Source: a virus
Taxonomy: Duplodnaviria > Caudoviricetes
Direction: 5' to 3' (one strand)
IMG/VR virus record: IMGVR_UViG_2773857811_000001
Span: 3,742-67,741 of that record
DNA: 64,000 nucleotides
Part shown: positions 37,392 to 47,160 of the stretch, in pieces
How the letters are laid out: each line of letters begins with the position of its first letter
Position numbering within the stretch: the first letter of the stretch is position 1
Translations under genes and position numbers: made by a program
Notes under the pieces: generated by a model
The model's database searches: none
What the model was told of the DNA's origin: nothing
What the model saw: the letters and a program-made list of their open reading frames with translations, nothing else

Positions 37392-37902
37392 ACGATCAGC
37401 AAAATACGTCTGCGCCGTCACGGCTGTTGTTGGGCTTATGATTGCCACACATGGAAATGAAATTAGAACATCAGAAAAGGGCTTGCTGCTGATTGGTAAT
37501 GCAGAAGGTTGCATGCAAAAGCCTTATCAATGTCCCGCTGATGTTTTAACAGTCGGCATTGGCACAACGGATGCCGTTGAAAAAATTGACCGAAATAAAA
37601 TTTACACCTTGCAAGAAGTTGCCGAATTATACACGAAAGGCATTAAGCAAGCCGAAAAGTGCGTGAATACCTATGCCAACGGTCAAGCCATGCCACAAGG
37701 GGGATTTGATGCCTTATCAGCCATTACATTCAACGTTGGATGTGGTCGCCTAAAAAACAGCACGCTTTTTAAAATGGCACGGAAAGGATACAGCAAAGCC
37801 ATGTGCAGTCAATTTGAACGATGGATTTATGCAAACGGCATCCCACTGAAAGGTTTAATTGAAAGACGACAAAAGGAGAAAGCATTGTGTTTGGATTCTT
37901 AA
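37384..37902 (+). CDS. Endolysin (GH24 lysozyme, probable SAR N-terminus)
   Basis: EGC...PY.CPADVLT.GIG.T, FNVG and GL..RR..E motifs. Confidence 0.93.
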   Translation: MIKRSAKYVCAVTAVVGLMIATHGNEIRTSEKGLLLIGNAEGCMQKPYQCPADVLTVGIGTTDAVEKIDRNKIYTLQEVAELYTKGIKQAEKCVNTYANGQAMPQGGFDALSAITFNVGCGRLKNSTLFKMARKGYSKAMCSQFERWIYANGIPLKGLIERRQKEKALCLDS

Positions 37903-38237
37903 CAAAAAAAGAAAAATACATTTTATTGGTTGGCCCGCTCATGCTTGTGGCAATTATTCTGTTTCAAGGGTGGCAAGCCAACCACTGGCGAGCTGAAGCA
38001 GTAAAAGAAGAACAATTAAAACAACAATGGGAAGCATCTTACGTTGCCTTAAATGAAAGCGTAGATAAATTCAATGAGCAACAAAAAGCACTCACGGAAG
38101 CCGTTAATCAATTAAAAATCTCTCAAACCAAGCAAACACAGGATTTAAAAAATGCACTTAAAAAACACCAAGATTGGGCTGACACTTTTATCCCTGATGA
38201 TGTTAGCGGCGTGTTCAACCACACCAAAAATCATTAA
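37887..38237 (+). CDS. Inner-membrane spanin (LysB/Rz-like)
   Basis: N-terminal TM, coiled coil, WAD..IP..V end. Confidence 0.8.
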   Translation: MFGFLTKKEKYILLVGPLMLVAIILFQGWQANHWRAEAVKEEQLKQQWEASYVALNESVDKFNEQQKALTEAVNQLKISQTKQTQDLKNALKKHQDWADTFIPDDVSGVFNHTKNH

Positions 38238-38415
38238 ACAGCCAATTCTATGTCCGCAAGTCGCTGAATGTGCGCCTTTCACCGTCACAATTAAAACAAA
38301 CGGCGATTTGGCGAACGCCTATCTACAAAGCCAACAAAAGCTAAGTGTATGCATTGTTGAAAATCAAGCATTAAAAAAATGCATTGATGAATTTAATCAG
38401 CAGGAAAAACAATGA
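38152..38415 (+). CDS. Outer-membrane spanin lipoprotein (LysC/Rz1-like)
   Basis: LAAC lipobox and CP.V..C......TNGDL; start codon uncertain. Confidence 0.82.
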   Translation: MHLKNTKIGLTLLSLMMLAACSTTPKIIKQPILCPQVAECAPFTVTIKTNGDLANAYLQSQQKLSVCIVENQALKKCIDEFNQQEKQ

Positions 38416-38627
38416 CAGATCAATTTGACCGTGCGCAAGAACTCGAACAAATGACACGTGATATTGCGTTACAAAAACACTGCACTTTTAAAGCAGTAAG
38501 TCGCCTTTATTGTGAAGATTGTGACACTCCAATCCCTGAAAAACGCCGCCAATTAATTCAAGGCGTAACCCGTTGCGTGGATTGTCAGCAAAAATATGAA
38601 ATGCAACAACGGAATTTCAGAAAATGA
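38412..38627 (+). CDS. TraR/DksA C4 zinc-finger protein
   Basis: D..DRA..LE...CEDC..PIPE.RR....GV.RCVDCQ. Confidence 0.92.
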   Translation: MTDQFDRAQELEQMTRDIALQKHCTFKAVSRLYCEDCDTPIPEKRRQLIQGVTRCVDCQQKYEMQQRNFRK

Positions 38628-39112
38628 AAAAGCCAAACCAACTGCGCAAAATCCTTGAGCAAAGTCACCAAGACTTTGTTAAAAATCCTGACCGCTTACA
38701 GCTTTATGTTGACGGCGGTCAAGTTGTTGCGACAGGCCGCACATCACTGAGTTTTGAGTATCGTTACACGCTAAACATCATCATCACCGATTTTGCCTTT
38801 GATATTGCAAGCCTAATCGTGCCGATTAATGCGTACTTACGAAAAAACCAACCTGAACTATTCGAAAATCCGCAACGCCGTGAGAACGCCTTTAAATTCC
38901 AAATGGATTACAACAATAACAACACGGCGGATGTGTCTATTGAAATCCAACTTACCGAACGAGTTGTGGCAAAACAAGTGGGCGAAAACGTGCAGATGAC
39001 TTACGCCACAGAACCAACCGCACCGGAATGGGAACAGTTAGGAAAAGTGAAAGTGTATCTAGGCGAAATTGAAGAAAATAATCTAATTTTTAAAGGTGGG
39101 AATAATGGCTAG
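38624..39112 (+). CDS. R: Tail completion protein R
   Basis: MKKP..LR, NPD.L..., SFEYRY.L, NQPEL and LTERV motifs. Confidence 0.93.
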   Translation: MKKPNQLRKILEQSHQDFVKNPDRLQLYVDGGQVVATGRTSLSFEYRYTLNIIITDFAFDIASLIVPINAYLRKNQPELFENPQRRENAFKFQMDYNNNNTADVSIEIQLTERVVAKQVGENVQMTYATEPTAPEWEQLGKVKVYLGEIEENNLIFKGGNNG

Positions 39113-39563
39113 TGTGGAAGAAATCCAAGCAAAACTGACCGCACTTATTAATAATCTCTCACCGCAATCCCGCCGCCAGTTAGCACGCAACATTGGGCAA
39201 GCTTTACGAAAAAATCAACAGGCACGCATCGCACGTCAAGAAAACCCAGACGGAACAGCATTTGAGCCGAGAAAACCAAGAAAAGAATTTGGCAAAAAGA
39301 AAGGGAGAATTAAACAAAAAGCCATGTTTGCGAAGTTGAGAACGGCAAGATATTTCAAAATTCAGAGTAATGCCAATGAAGTGTCGGTTGGGTTTAATGG
39401 GTCAAGCGCCACAATTGCAAACGTGCATCAATACGGCTTACAAGGCACGGTGAATAAAAACAAAGGTATCAAGGTGCAATATGCCCAGCGTGAATTGCTA
39501 GGCTTTTCGGAAAGTGATGTGGAATTGATTGAAAACTTAATTATTGAGCAACTAAGTCTTTAG
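39105..39563 (+). CDS. S: Virion morphogenesis / tail completion protein S
   Basis: RI..Q.NPDG..F.PRK, MF.KLR, VHQYGL and RELLG motifs. Confidence 0.93.
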   Translation: MASVEEIQAKLTALINNLSPQSRRQLARNIGQALRKNQQARIARQENPDGTAFEPRKPRKEFGKKKGRIKQKAMFAKLRTARYFKIQSNANEVSVGFNGSSATIANVHQYGLQGTVNKNKGIKVQYAQRELLGFSESDVELIENLIIEQLSL

Positions 39564-39807
39564 ATTTTGATTTGATGTGCTTGCGAATAATGTGCGCCCA
39601 ATAGCAATAGACTACGAGTGCAGCCATGCCAAGGAAGAAGTTGATTTCGACAAGCCAAAGCACGGAGCCAAGCATCAACATATAAAGAAATAACAGAGGA
39701 GCGGCAATAATGCCGGAAACAACCCAAGGCAATGCAATAAAACCAAAACCAACAGCGAGACCCAATAAGCCCACTGCGAGAATAAATAAAGAAAGTATTG
39801 CGATCAT
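39541..39807 (-). CDS. Small polytopic membrane protein (moron)
   Basis: About 3 hydrophobic helices and a basic tail; AAGGAGG SD; TTGACA-N18-AATAAT promoter at 39859-39830. Confidence 0.8.
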   Translation of the reverse strand: MIAILSLFILAVGLLGLAVGFGFIALPWVVSGIIAAPLLFLYMLMLGSVLWLVEINFFLGMAALVVYCYWAHIIRKHIKSKSKDLVAQ

Positions 39808-39878
39808 ATTCCCTCCTTTTGTTTGGTTAATTATTAAGCCAAGAAAAGAACCTTGTCAATAAAAGCGAGTAATTAAGA

Positions 39879-42605
39879 ATGAATAATTTACAACTCACTG
39901 TTTTATTAAATGCCATTGATAAAATTTCAGCCCCCTTGCGCAATGCAAATAAGCAAGTGTCTGCGCTTTCTCAAAAGCTAAAAGAAAACAAGGCTATTCG
40001 CGCACAATTAACAAAACAAGATAAAGAAACAGAATCGGCTATCAAAAAATATGCAACAACACTCAACCCTTTAAAAAATAGATTGAGTGCGGTAAATCAA
40101 GAACTCGCGCAAGCTCAACAAAAATCTAAACATTATGCGCAACAGCTTGCTGCGGCTAAAAATCCAACAAATGAATTTCGTGCTAAGGTCTTGAATGCCC
40201 AACAAGCAGTAAAAAAACTCAAAGATGAACAAGCGCAAGCTGCACTCAAATTGCGCCAAGCACGCCAAGAATTAAACGCCTCAGGGTTGTCAGCAAAAAC
40301 ACTCGCCCAGCGACAAGACGCACTCAAAAGCAAATTAAAAGGCGCAAATCAACAGATTAGACAGCAAGAAGCGGCATTGACTAAACTTAATGCTAAACAA
40401 GCTGCTTACAATCGTTATCGAGGGCAAGTCGAAACATTAAAAGACATCAGTGGAAAAGCGCAAATGGTTGGGGCGCAAGCATCAGCGGCAGGTGCAACCA
40501 TCACAGCGCCTCTTGCAAAATCCGTAAGTGATTTTATGAACTTCGAAGATGCCATGGTGGGAGTGGCAAGACAAGTACAAGGATTAAAAGATAATACCGG
40601 AAAATTCACGCCTGAATTTGACGAATGGAAAAATAAAATTCAAGCCCTATCCACGGAATTGCCACTAACTACCGTCGAAATCGCAAATATGATTGAATCA
40701 GCAGCTCGGATGGATGTACCAAAAGAACAGCTAGAAGAGTTCGTGCGATTAAATACACAAATGGCAACGGCCTTCGATGCGGCAAATCCTGATGAACTTA
40801 CTGAAAACTTTGGTAAGGTGAGTAAAAACTGGAATTTATCTATCCAAGACTCAAAAGAATTGGCTGATTCGATTAACTATCTTGATGACAATGCTATTTC
40901 GAAAGGTGATGCCATTATTGGTTTTATGAATCGCCTAGGCGGCATTAGTGCGGTAGCAAAAATTACCGATAAAAATGTTGCCGCACTTGGTTCTACTCTT
41001 ATGACGTTTGGTTCCGATGAAAGTTCAGCAGCAAATGCGGTCAGCTCCACATTTAGCCGACTTTCTCGAGCGACAACCATGAAGCCGGTAAAAAGAGGAT
41101 TAAAGGCATTAGGGCTAGATTCAAGCAAAATTCAAAAAGGTATGGTAAAAGATGCTCAAGGCACACTGATGACCATCATAGAGCGCATAAAAACTATTCC
41201 GGAGCATTTACGATCTTCCGTCTTGACCGATATTGTAGGTGGAAACTATGGCGATGAAATTATAAAACTGGTGAAGAACACCGATGAATGGAAACGTCAA
41301 ATTGCCTTAGCCAATGACGAATTAGCAAAAGGCTCAATGAACCGTGAATTTCAAACTCGGATGAAAGCTCTTTCATCGACATGGGGTATTTTTAAAAATC
41401 AAATTTTTAACCTGAATTCAACCATTGGGGGCACGCTTGCGCCGACACTGGATTCATTAATGAAAAAGATTGGCGGACTGATTGATAAGGGTAATAAATG
41501 GATTCAGGCACATCCAAAACTTGCTAAAAATATGTTATTAGTTGCAGGCGCAATCGGCGGATCGCTCACAGTGTTTGGCGCATTTGCTTTCGCACTAAGT
41601 TTCGTGCTTTATCCTATTGCTCGCCTATTTCTTGGGGTAAGCAAACTCAACATCCTTTTACCAAAATTCGCAGGGAAAATTAGCGGTGTAGGCGGAACGA
41701 TTGCAAGGTGGCTACTTTCGCCACTTAAACTATTGCCAATGCTTCTTTCCATGACAGGCATCGCTTTTATGGCAACTGCATTGCTGATTTACAAATACTG
41801 GGATAAAGTCAAAGCCTTCTTTGGTGGTTTTTGGGAGGGATTAAAATCAGGTCTCGCCCCTGTCCTTGAAAAATTCCAACCACTAGGCACCGCATTTGGT
41901 GTGGTCGTTGGATGGATTGAAAAAGCAGTGAAATGGTTTACTGATTTCTTATCCCCAGTACAAAGTACCAAGGAAGATTTAGATGCTGCAGCCAGTGCAG
42001 GCAAAAAATTTGGCGAATGGGTAGCCTTCGGTATTGATTTAGCGTTAACACCATTACAACTGCTAATTGATGGCGTGAAGTGGTTGATTGATAATCTACC
42101 TAAAATCAACGAGCAAAATCAAAAAGCCAAAGCCTTAAGAGACGAAACTATGAAAGCCGCTTTTGGAAATGGCGTACTCGGCCAAACTATGTCAGCCATG
42201 GCAAACATACCTGAATATGCCACAGGCGGTTATACCGGCAACGGCGGTAAGTATCAGCCGATGGGGATTGTCCACGGTGGTGAATATGTCATGACCAAAG
42301 AAGCCACAAACCGTCTAGGCGTAGCAACGCTGAACGCCTTAAATTACGGCAAACAAGCCTTAATTGCGGGCGGTTTAGGTATCGGACTTGCCACAGCCGC
42401 ACCAATTCAGGTGGATAACCGCCCGTCAATTTCGGCACGGCCAAGCATCAGCCAAACCATGCAACCAATGGCGGTCAATATCACCATTAATGCACAAGCA
42501 GGGCAAAATGAGCGACAAATCGCTCAACTTGTCGCCGCAGAAATTGAACGCATAAACCGACAACAACAAGCAAGAATGCGAAGTCGAATGACTGATCGGG
42601 GATAA
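39879..42605 (+). CDS. T: Tape measure protein (TP901-type core)
   Basis: L.V.L.AIDK.S.P start, coiled coil, LIYKYWD..KAFF.G, S.M.D end. Confidence 0.92.
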   Translation: MNNLQLTVLLNAIDKISAPLRNANKQVSALSQKLKENKAIRAQLTKQDKETESAIKKYATTLNPLKNRLSAVNQELAQAQQKSKHYAQQLAAAKNPTNEFRAKVLNAQQAVKKLKDEQAQAALKLRQARQELNASGLSAKTLAQRQDALKSKLKGANQQIRQQEAALTKLNAKQAAYNRYRGQVETLKDISGKAQMVGAQASAAGATITAPLAKSVSDFMNFEDAMVGVARQVQGLKDNTGKFTPEFDEWKNKIQALSTELPLTTVEIANMIESAARMDVPKEQLEEFVRLNTQMATAFDAANPDELTENFGKVSKNWNLSIQDSKELADSINYLDDNAISKGDAIIGFMNRLGGISAVAKITDKNVAALGSTLMTFGSDESSAANAVSSTFSRLSRATTMKPVKRGLKALGLDSSKIQKGMVKDAQGTLMTIIERIKTIPEHLRSSVLTDIVGGNYGDEIIKLVKNTDEWKRQIALANDELAKGSMNREFQTRMKALSSTWGIFKNQIFNLNSTIGGTLAPTLDSLMKKIGGLIDKGNKWIQAHPKLAKNMLLVAGAIGGSLTVFGAFAFALSFVLYPIARLFLGVSKLNILLPKFAGKISGVGGTIARWLLSPLKLLPMLLSMTGIAFMATALLIYKYWDKVKAFFGGFWEGLKSGLAPVLEKFQPLGTAFGVVVGWIEKAVKWFTDFLSPVQSTKEDLDAAASAGKKFGEWVAFGIDLALTPLQLLIDGVKWLIDNLPKINEQNQKAKALRDETMKAAFGNGVLGQTMSAMANIPEYATGGYTGNGGKYQPMGIVHGGEYVMTKEATNRLGVATLNALNYGKQALIAGGLGIGLATAAPIQVDNRPSISARPSISQTMQPMAVNITINAQAGQNERQIAQLVAAEIERINRQQQARMRSRMTDRG

Positions 42606-42609
42606 AAAC

Positions 42610-42630
42610 AAAAGGGTGAAAGCCCTTTTG
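42610..42630 (+). terminator. Hairpin terminator after the tape measure
   Basis: AAAAGGGT-GAAA-GCCCTTTT. Confidence 0.65.
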
Positions 42631-42659
42631 TTGCACATGACAGAAAATAGTTTTATATT
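42631..42659 (+). promoter_or_regulatory. Moron promoter
   Basis: TTGCAC-N17-TATATT. Confidence 0.6.
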
Positions 42660-42706
42660 TCAGCGAAAAGTTGTAAACTTCGCAGAATTTTATTCTTTGG
42701 TGACTT

Positions 42707-43285
42707 ATGACGAATCTATCATTAAACCCTATTTTTGAAGGCTTAGAACCTATTTTTAAGCAATTAAAAACAGCGGCGATTTCTGCATGTCTTGTGGTCC
42801 CTGCTGCATTAAACATTCAAGTAAAATCAGTAGAAACAGTGCAGATTGTTAGCGTTCAGAAACTAAGATTAAGCCCTCAAGAGAAGCAAGCATTTTATGA
42901 ATTTGCAAGTAATGCAATAAATCTTGTGCAAGTTACTTCAGCATTGACGGACTTTGCTATTTCGCTAGCTCCGCAAGCTTTTAATGTGATTTCTACAAAT
43001 GATATCCAATCTCTAGAAGAAAAAACGAATGAGTATGATCATCTAATTACAAATATTATTTCAGAAATGAATCAATTTGATTTGAACCATCCTACACTTG
43101 TTTCAGAATTAAATAATTTAAGTAATAAAATGCATATGTTTTGTAATATTGTGAAATCAGAAAAATACAAAAAAGAATCAGATAAAGTGGTTTTATCACG
43201 CGTTTATCGAACACCTGAAGATGCTGGATACACCTACAAATCATCAGATTCTTTTGATGATTTCAAAAAAGCAATGATGATGTAG
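42707..43285 (+). CDS. Hypothetical helical protein, candidate antitoxin
   Basis: AT-rich 192-aa ORF; first gene of a two-gene moron. Confidence 0.7.
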   Translation: MTNLSLNPIFEGLEPIFKQLKTAAISACLVVPAALNIQVKSVETVQIVSVQKLRLSPQEKQAFYEFASNAINLVQVTSALTDFAISLAPQAFNVISTNDIQSLEEKTNEYDHLITNIISEMNQFDLNHPTLVSELNNLSNKMHMFCNIVKSEKYKKESDKVVLSRVYRTPEDAGYTYKSSDSFDDFKKAMMM

Positions 43286-43292
43286 GATACAA

Positions 43293-43724
43293 ATGAAGAT
43301 TGAGTTATCGAAACAATTCAAAGAAGGGCGTTTAAACACGCCCTTTTTTAAAGACATTCAAGCCATGTCTGATGAAGAAAAGAAGCTCATCTTTGATTTT
43401 ATGCAATCCATTGAACAAGGAAAACGATTAAGAGGTAAAAATAAACCCTCTTGGATTGATGATAATCTCAATGACATTCCAAATACAGAGGTTTATCAAC
43501 AAAACGAAATATGGCATTATCACTGTGGCCCTTACAATGAAGGTTCTAGCTATTCCCCTATGAGTGGGCTAAAAATGAATTTGGACGGTGAAACATCAGG
43601 ACCTGTAATTCATTATCAAAAAATATCAGATGAACATATTGTGATTATCGCTTTTTCCCCACAACACGAACCATTCCCACGCGAATGGGATACTCCCAAT
43701 CCAATCATTGACCGAACAGAATAA
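43293..43724 (+). CDS. Hypothetical protein, candidate RelE-superfamily-like RNase toxin
   Basis: MKIELS..F, GKNKPSW, WHYHCG and VIHY...I.IIAF pattern. Confidence 0.6.
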   Translation: MKIELSKQFKEGRLNTPFFKDIQAMSDEEKKLIFDFMQSIEQGKRLRGKNKPSWIDDNLNDIPNTEVYQQNEIWHYHCGPYNEGSSYSPMSGLKMNLDGETSGPVIHYQKISDEHIVIIAFSPQHEPFPREWDTPNPIIDRTE

Positions 43725-43755
43725 GCAAGTCGCCATCGCCAGACTTGCTTTTTTG
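43723..43755 (+). terminator. Moron terminator
   Basis: AAGCAAGTC-N10-GACTTGCTT followed by TTTT. Confidence 0.75.
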
Positions 43756-43773
43756 TTACCCAGTCTTTCACAC
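43751..43773 (+). promoter_or_regulatory. Ogr-type activator site of the late promoter upstream of V
   Basis: TTTTGTTACCCAGTCTTTCACAC, paralleled at 48192-48214. Confidence 0.65.
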
Positions 43774-43843
43774 TCCCCCACACTCGCAAAATCAAACAAA
43801 CTCACCAAAAATAGGGGCAATTATTACAAGTAGAAATCCGCCC

Positions 43844-44437
43844 ATGTCAGCCGATAACAACCGCAGAATTGAAAGCATCATCCGCTTTGGCTTAATTGCC
43901 GAAGTCGATTATGCACAAGCAAAAGCACGGGTAAAGTGCGGTGAAATATTGACGGATTTCATCCCCTTCATCACCTTGCGAGCCGGCACGACAAAAACAT
44001 GGTCACCGCCAACACAAGGCGAACAATGCATCATCTTGGCGGCAAGTGGTGAACTGACAACAGCGTGCATCATCACAGGGCTTTACACTCAAAACAGTCC
44101 AAGCCATTCAGCCGATGAACACGTGATCGAATTTGCAGACGGCGCCAAAATCACCTACAACCAAGCAAACGGCGATTTGGTTGTGACAGGAATAAAAACC
44201 GCCAACATTAAAGCCGATAATCAAATCCATATTGAATGCCTCACTGTCAACATTAAAGGCAATGTGAATATTGATGGGAATTTATCTACAACCGGAACAA
44301 CAAAGAGCAAAGGCGAAATTAGTACGCAAAGCAACGTCTCAGCAAGTGGCGACATCAAAGGTGGCAAAATTAGCTTACAAAATCACGTCCACGTTGCACA
44401 AGGTGAAAAAGCACGAACAAGTAAGGCAACTGTATAA
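43844..44437 (+). CDS. V: Baseplate spike
   Basis: RAG...TW.PP..GEQ, F.DGA...Y and HVH motifs. Confidence 0.93.
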   Translation: MSADNNRRIESIIRFGLIAEVDYAQAKARVKCGEILTDFIPFITLRAGTTKTWSPPTQGEQCIILAASGELTTACIITGLYTQNSPSHSADEHVIEFADGAKITYNQANGDLVVTGIKTANIKADNQIHIECLTVNIKGNVNIDGNLSTTGTTKSKGEISTQSNVSASGDIKGGKISLQNHVHVAQGEKARTSKATV

Positions 44438-44775
44438 TGAATCGATTTACAGGCGGAAAAATCACAAGCGAAACAGAACACATCAAACAGTCGATTGCGG
44501 ATATTTTGTTGACACCAATCGGCTCACGTTTACAACGCCGAGATTATGGTAGCCGTATCCCTGAACTTATCGACCGACCAATGAACCCAATCTTATTATT
44601 ACAACTCGCAGCAAGCGCAGTGATGGCATTAAACAAGTGGGAACCTCGAATCATCATTAGTCAATTTAAGCCCCAAATCACATCGAATGGGATTAATTGC
44701 ACCATTGTATGCAGAACAAAAGATCAAAATAACATCATTAACTATGATGATGTGTGGTTAGGCGGTAAAGCATGA
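44437..44775 (+). CDS. W: Baseplate wedge protein W
   Basis: HI.QSI.DIL.TP.GSR..RRDYGS and WEPRI. Confidence 0.95.
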   Translation: MNRFTGGKITSETEHIKQSIADILLTPIGSRLQRRDYGSRIPELIDRPMNPILLLQLAASAVMALNKWEPRIIISQFKPQITSNGINCTIVCRTKDQNNIINYDDVWLGGKA

Positions 44776-45686
44776 GTGAAATCATTGATCTAAAAAACCT
44801 CCCCGCCCCCAAAGTTGTACAAGAGCTGAACTATGAAACCTTACTTGGACAACGTAAAGAAAAATTTCTATCGCTACAAGAAAATGACGATGCACGACAG
44901 CATTGGCAGATTCGGTTGCAGTTAGAAAGTGAACCGGTTGTTAAATTACTGGAAGAAAATGCATATTTAGAATTATTGCTGCGTTCTCGTATTAACGAAT
45001 CCGCCAAAGCCGTCATGCTTGCCTATGCTACAGGGGCGGATTTAGACCAATTAGGAGCCTTATTTGGAGTGGCTCGATTGTTAATTCATGCCGAAGACTT
45101 AACCACGCGGCCGCCCATCTCGGCACAATATGAAGACGATGACCGTTACCGTATACGCATACAAATGTCGCTAGAAGGTTTAACCACAGCAGGAAGCCGT
45201 GCAAGCTATGAGTTTCATGCACTTTCTACTTCGGCAAAAGTAAAAGATGTTGATGTTACAAGCCCAACGGCCGGCACGGTTAAAGTGGTAATTTTATCCA
45301 CCGAAGGGCAAGGTACTGCAAATAGTGAACTTATTTCCGCCGTAGAAAAGCAACTAAATGCCGAACATATTCGGCCACTAACGGACACCGTACTAGTCGA
45401 AAGTGCAGTGATTTTACCTTATGAAATCCACGCAACACTCACGCTTTACCCCTCTGTGCTAGAAAGTGCGGTGATGACAAATATCAATCAAGCCATTACC
45501 CATTATGTGAAAAAACAACACGCACTTGGCATTGATATAACTCGTTCAGGTATTTTCGCTGCTCTACATCAAGAAGGCGTACAGAACGTGCAATTGGCTC
45601 AACCGCTTGCAGATTTAATCGTACAGCCAAACCAAGCGGCATATTGCACACAAATTCAAATTAACGTAGGTGGTCGAGATGAATAG
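44772..45686 (+). CDS. J: Baseplate assembly protein J
   Basis: LESEP..KLLEENAY.E, YA.G.DLD.L and RPLTD.V motifs. Confidence 0.95.
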   Translation: MSEIIDLKNLPAPKVVQELNYETLLGQRKEKFLSLQENDDARQHWQIRLQLESEPVVKLLEENAYLELLLRSRINESAKAVMLAYATGADLDQLGALFGVARLLIHAEDLTTRPPISAQYEDDDRYRIRIQMSLEGLTTAGSRASYEFHALSTSAKVKDVDVTSPTAGTVKVVILSTEGQGTANSELISAVEKQLNAEHIRPLTDTVLVESAVILPYEIHATLTLYPSVLESAVMTNINQAITHYVKKQHALGIDITRSGIFAALHQEGVQNVQLAQPLADLIVQPNQAAYCTQIQINVGGRDE

Positions 45687-46245
45687 CTATCTACTGCCTA
45701 CGGGCTCAACTAAGTTAGAAAAACAATTATCAAATACGTTTTCAGCAATTTCAGAAATACCTGTTCCGATTCACCTCTTATGGAGCGCAAAGCATTGCCC
45801 TATAGACCTCTTGCCATGGCTTGCCTGGTCTCTTTCAATTGATGAATGGGATGACGAATGGAGCGAAGAAAGCAAACGACAAGCCATTTTAAATAGCATT
45901 CATGTTCACAAACACAAGGGCACAATTTCGGCGATTCGCCGTGTGATGAAATCCGTGGGTTATGGTGAGGTAGATATTATCGAAAACCAGTCTCTTAAAA
46001 CATGGAATGGCGAACTGAATTTTGATGGTCTAGAAACCTTCGAACATGAAGAAATGCACTGGGCAGAATACAAAATTGTGCTACATCAGCCCATTACTAT
46101 TGAAGAATCAAAACAAGTGCGGCGAATTTTAAATGAAAATGCCCCTGCACGCTGTCATTTGGTTGCATTCAATTTTACACGGGCAGGCCATCGGTGGAAT
46201 GGCGAGATCAATTTCGATGGAAACTTTACTTTTGGAGAAGTATAA
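45679..46245 (+). CDS. I: Tail protein I
   Basis: CP..LLPWLAW..S.DEW, H..KGT..AIR and PARCHL motifs. Confidence 0.93.
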   Translation: MNSYLLPTGSTKLEKQLSNTFSAISEIPVPIHLLWSAKHCPIDLLPWLAWSLSIDEWDDEWSEESKRQAILNSIHVHKHKGTISAIRRVMKSVGYGEVDIIENQSLKTWNGELNFDGLETFEHEEMHWAEYKIVLHQPITIEESKQVRRILNENAPARCHLVAFNFTRAGHRWNGEINFDGNFTFGEV

Positions 46246-47151
46246 ATGGGAAAAATTACTGAGCAACAACAATGGGAAGAGGATATTTATCTCATTGAAA
46301 AACAAGATAAGGTGCTAGGCGGAGAGCTTGGCGTAATTAACATTCAAGCAAAACAGCTCGCCAATCGAACCAAATATTTAAAAGACCAAGTAGACACCAT
46401 CAACCAAAACCGCACAGGCTACGCCCCTAAAGCCAGCCCAGCGTTCACTGGCGTGCCAACCGCGCCAACAGCTGCATTAGGCACGAACAACACACAAATT
46501 GCCACAACCGAATTTGTAAAAACCGCAATTGCCGCATTGGTAGGTTCTGCGCCTGCAGCATTGGACACGTTGGAAGAATTAGCCCGTGCGTTAGCAGGCG
46601 ATGCAAACTTAAAAGCGACGTTGCTTGCTGAAATCGGGAAAAAAGCCAACGCCACTGATTTTAATGCCTTACATGATTTATTTATTGGTATCCCTATTCC
46701 TTATCCGCTCTCTACCGTCCCAACAGGTTGCTTGGCTATGAACGGACAGCAATTTGATACTCGTCGTTATCCAAAATTGGCACAGAAATATCCGTCAGGG
46801 CAATTGCCGGATATGCGCGGTGAATTTATCCGTGGTTGGGATAATGGCCGTGGCGTTGACGCTGGACGGGATTTATTAAGTTGGCAATATGGCTCATTGT
46901 TAGTCCAAGAAGCGCACTACCAGGTCAACAACGTGGTATCTCCGTCTGGCAATACAGCCGAAAACCTCGGTTGGGATAAAACGGATTCCAGTTTAACTAA
47001 TAGTATAAAGATGACAACGGCAGTTGCTGACAATCGGGCGGCCAACTGGTTCGCGAAGCCAGGCTCTTTTGCTATAGATAACCAGGTGCCTTATGTTGGG
47101 ATGATTCGCCCGCGCAATATCACTTTTAACTATATCTGCTTGGCTGAGTAA
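46246..47151 (+). CDS. H: Tail fibre with tail-collar domain
   Basis: QLANRTKYLK, SPAFTG.PTAPT...QIATT.FV, LDTL.ELA.AL, then collar domain. Confidence 0.9.
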   Translation: MGKITEQQQWEEDIYLIEKQDKVLGGELGVINIQAKQLANRTKYLKDQVDTINQNRTGYAPKASPAFTGVPTAPTAALGTNNTQIATTEFVKTAIAALVGSAPAALDTLEELARALAGDANLKATLLAEIGKKANATDFNALHDLFIGIPIPYPLSTVPTGCLAMNGQQFDTRRYPKLAQKYPSGQLPDMRGEFIRGWDNGRGVDAGRDLLSWQYGSLLVQEAHYQVNNVVSPSGNTAENLGWDKTDSSLTNSIKMTTAVADNRAANWFAKPGSFAIDNQVPYVGMIRPRNITFNYICLAE

Positions 47152-47160
47152 GGAGAATTT

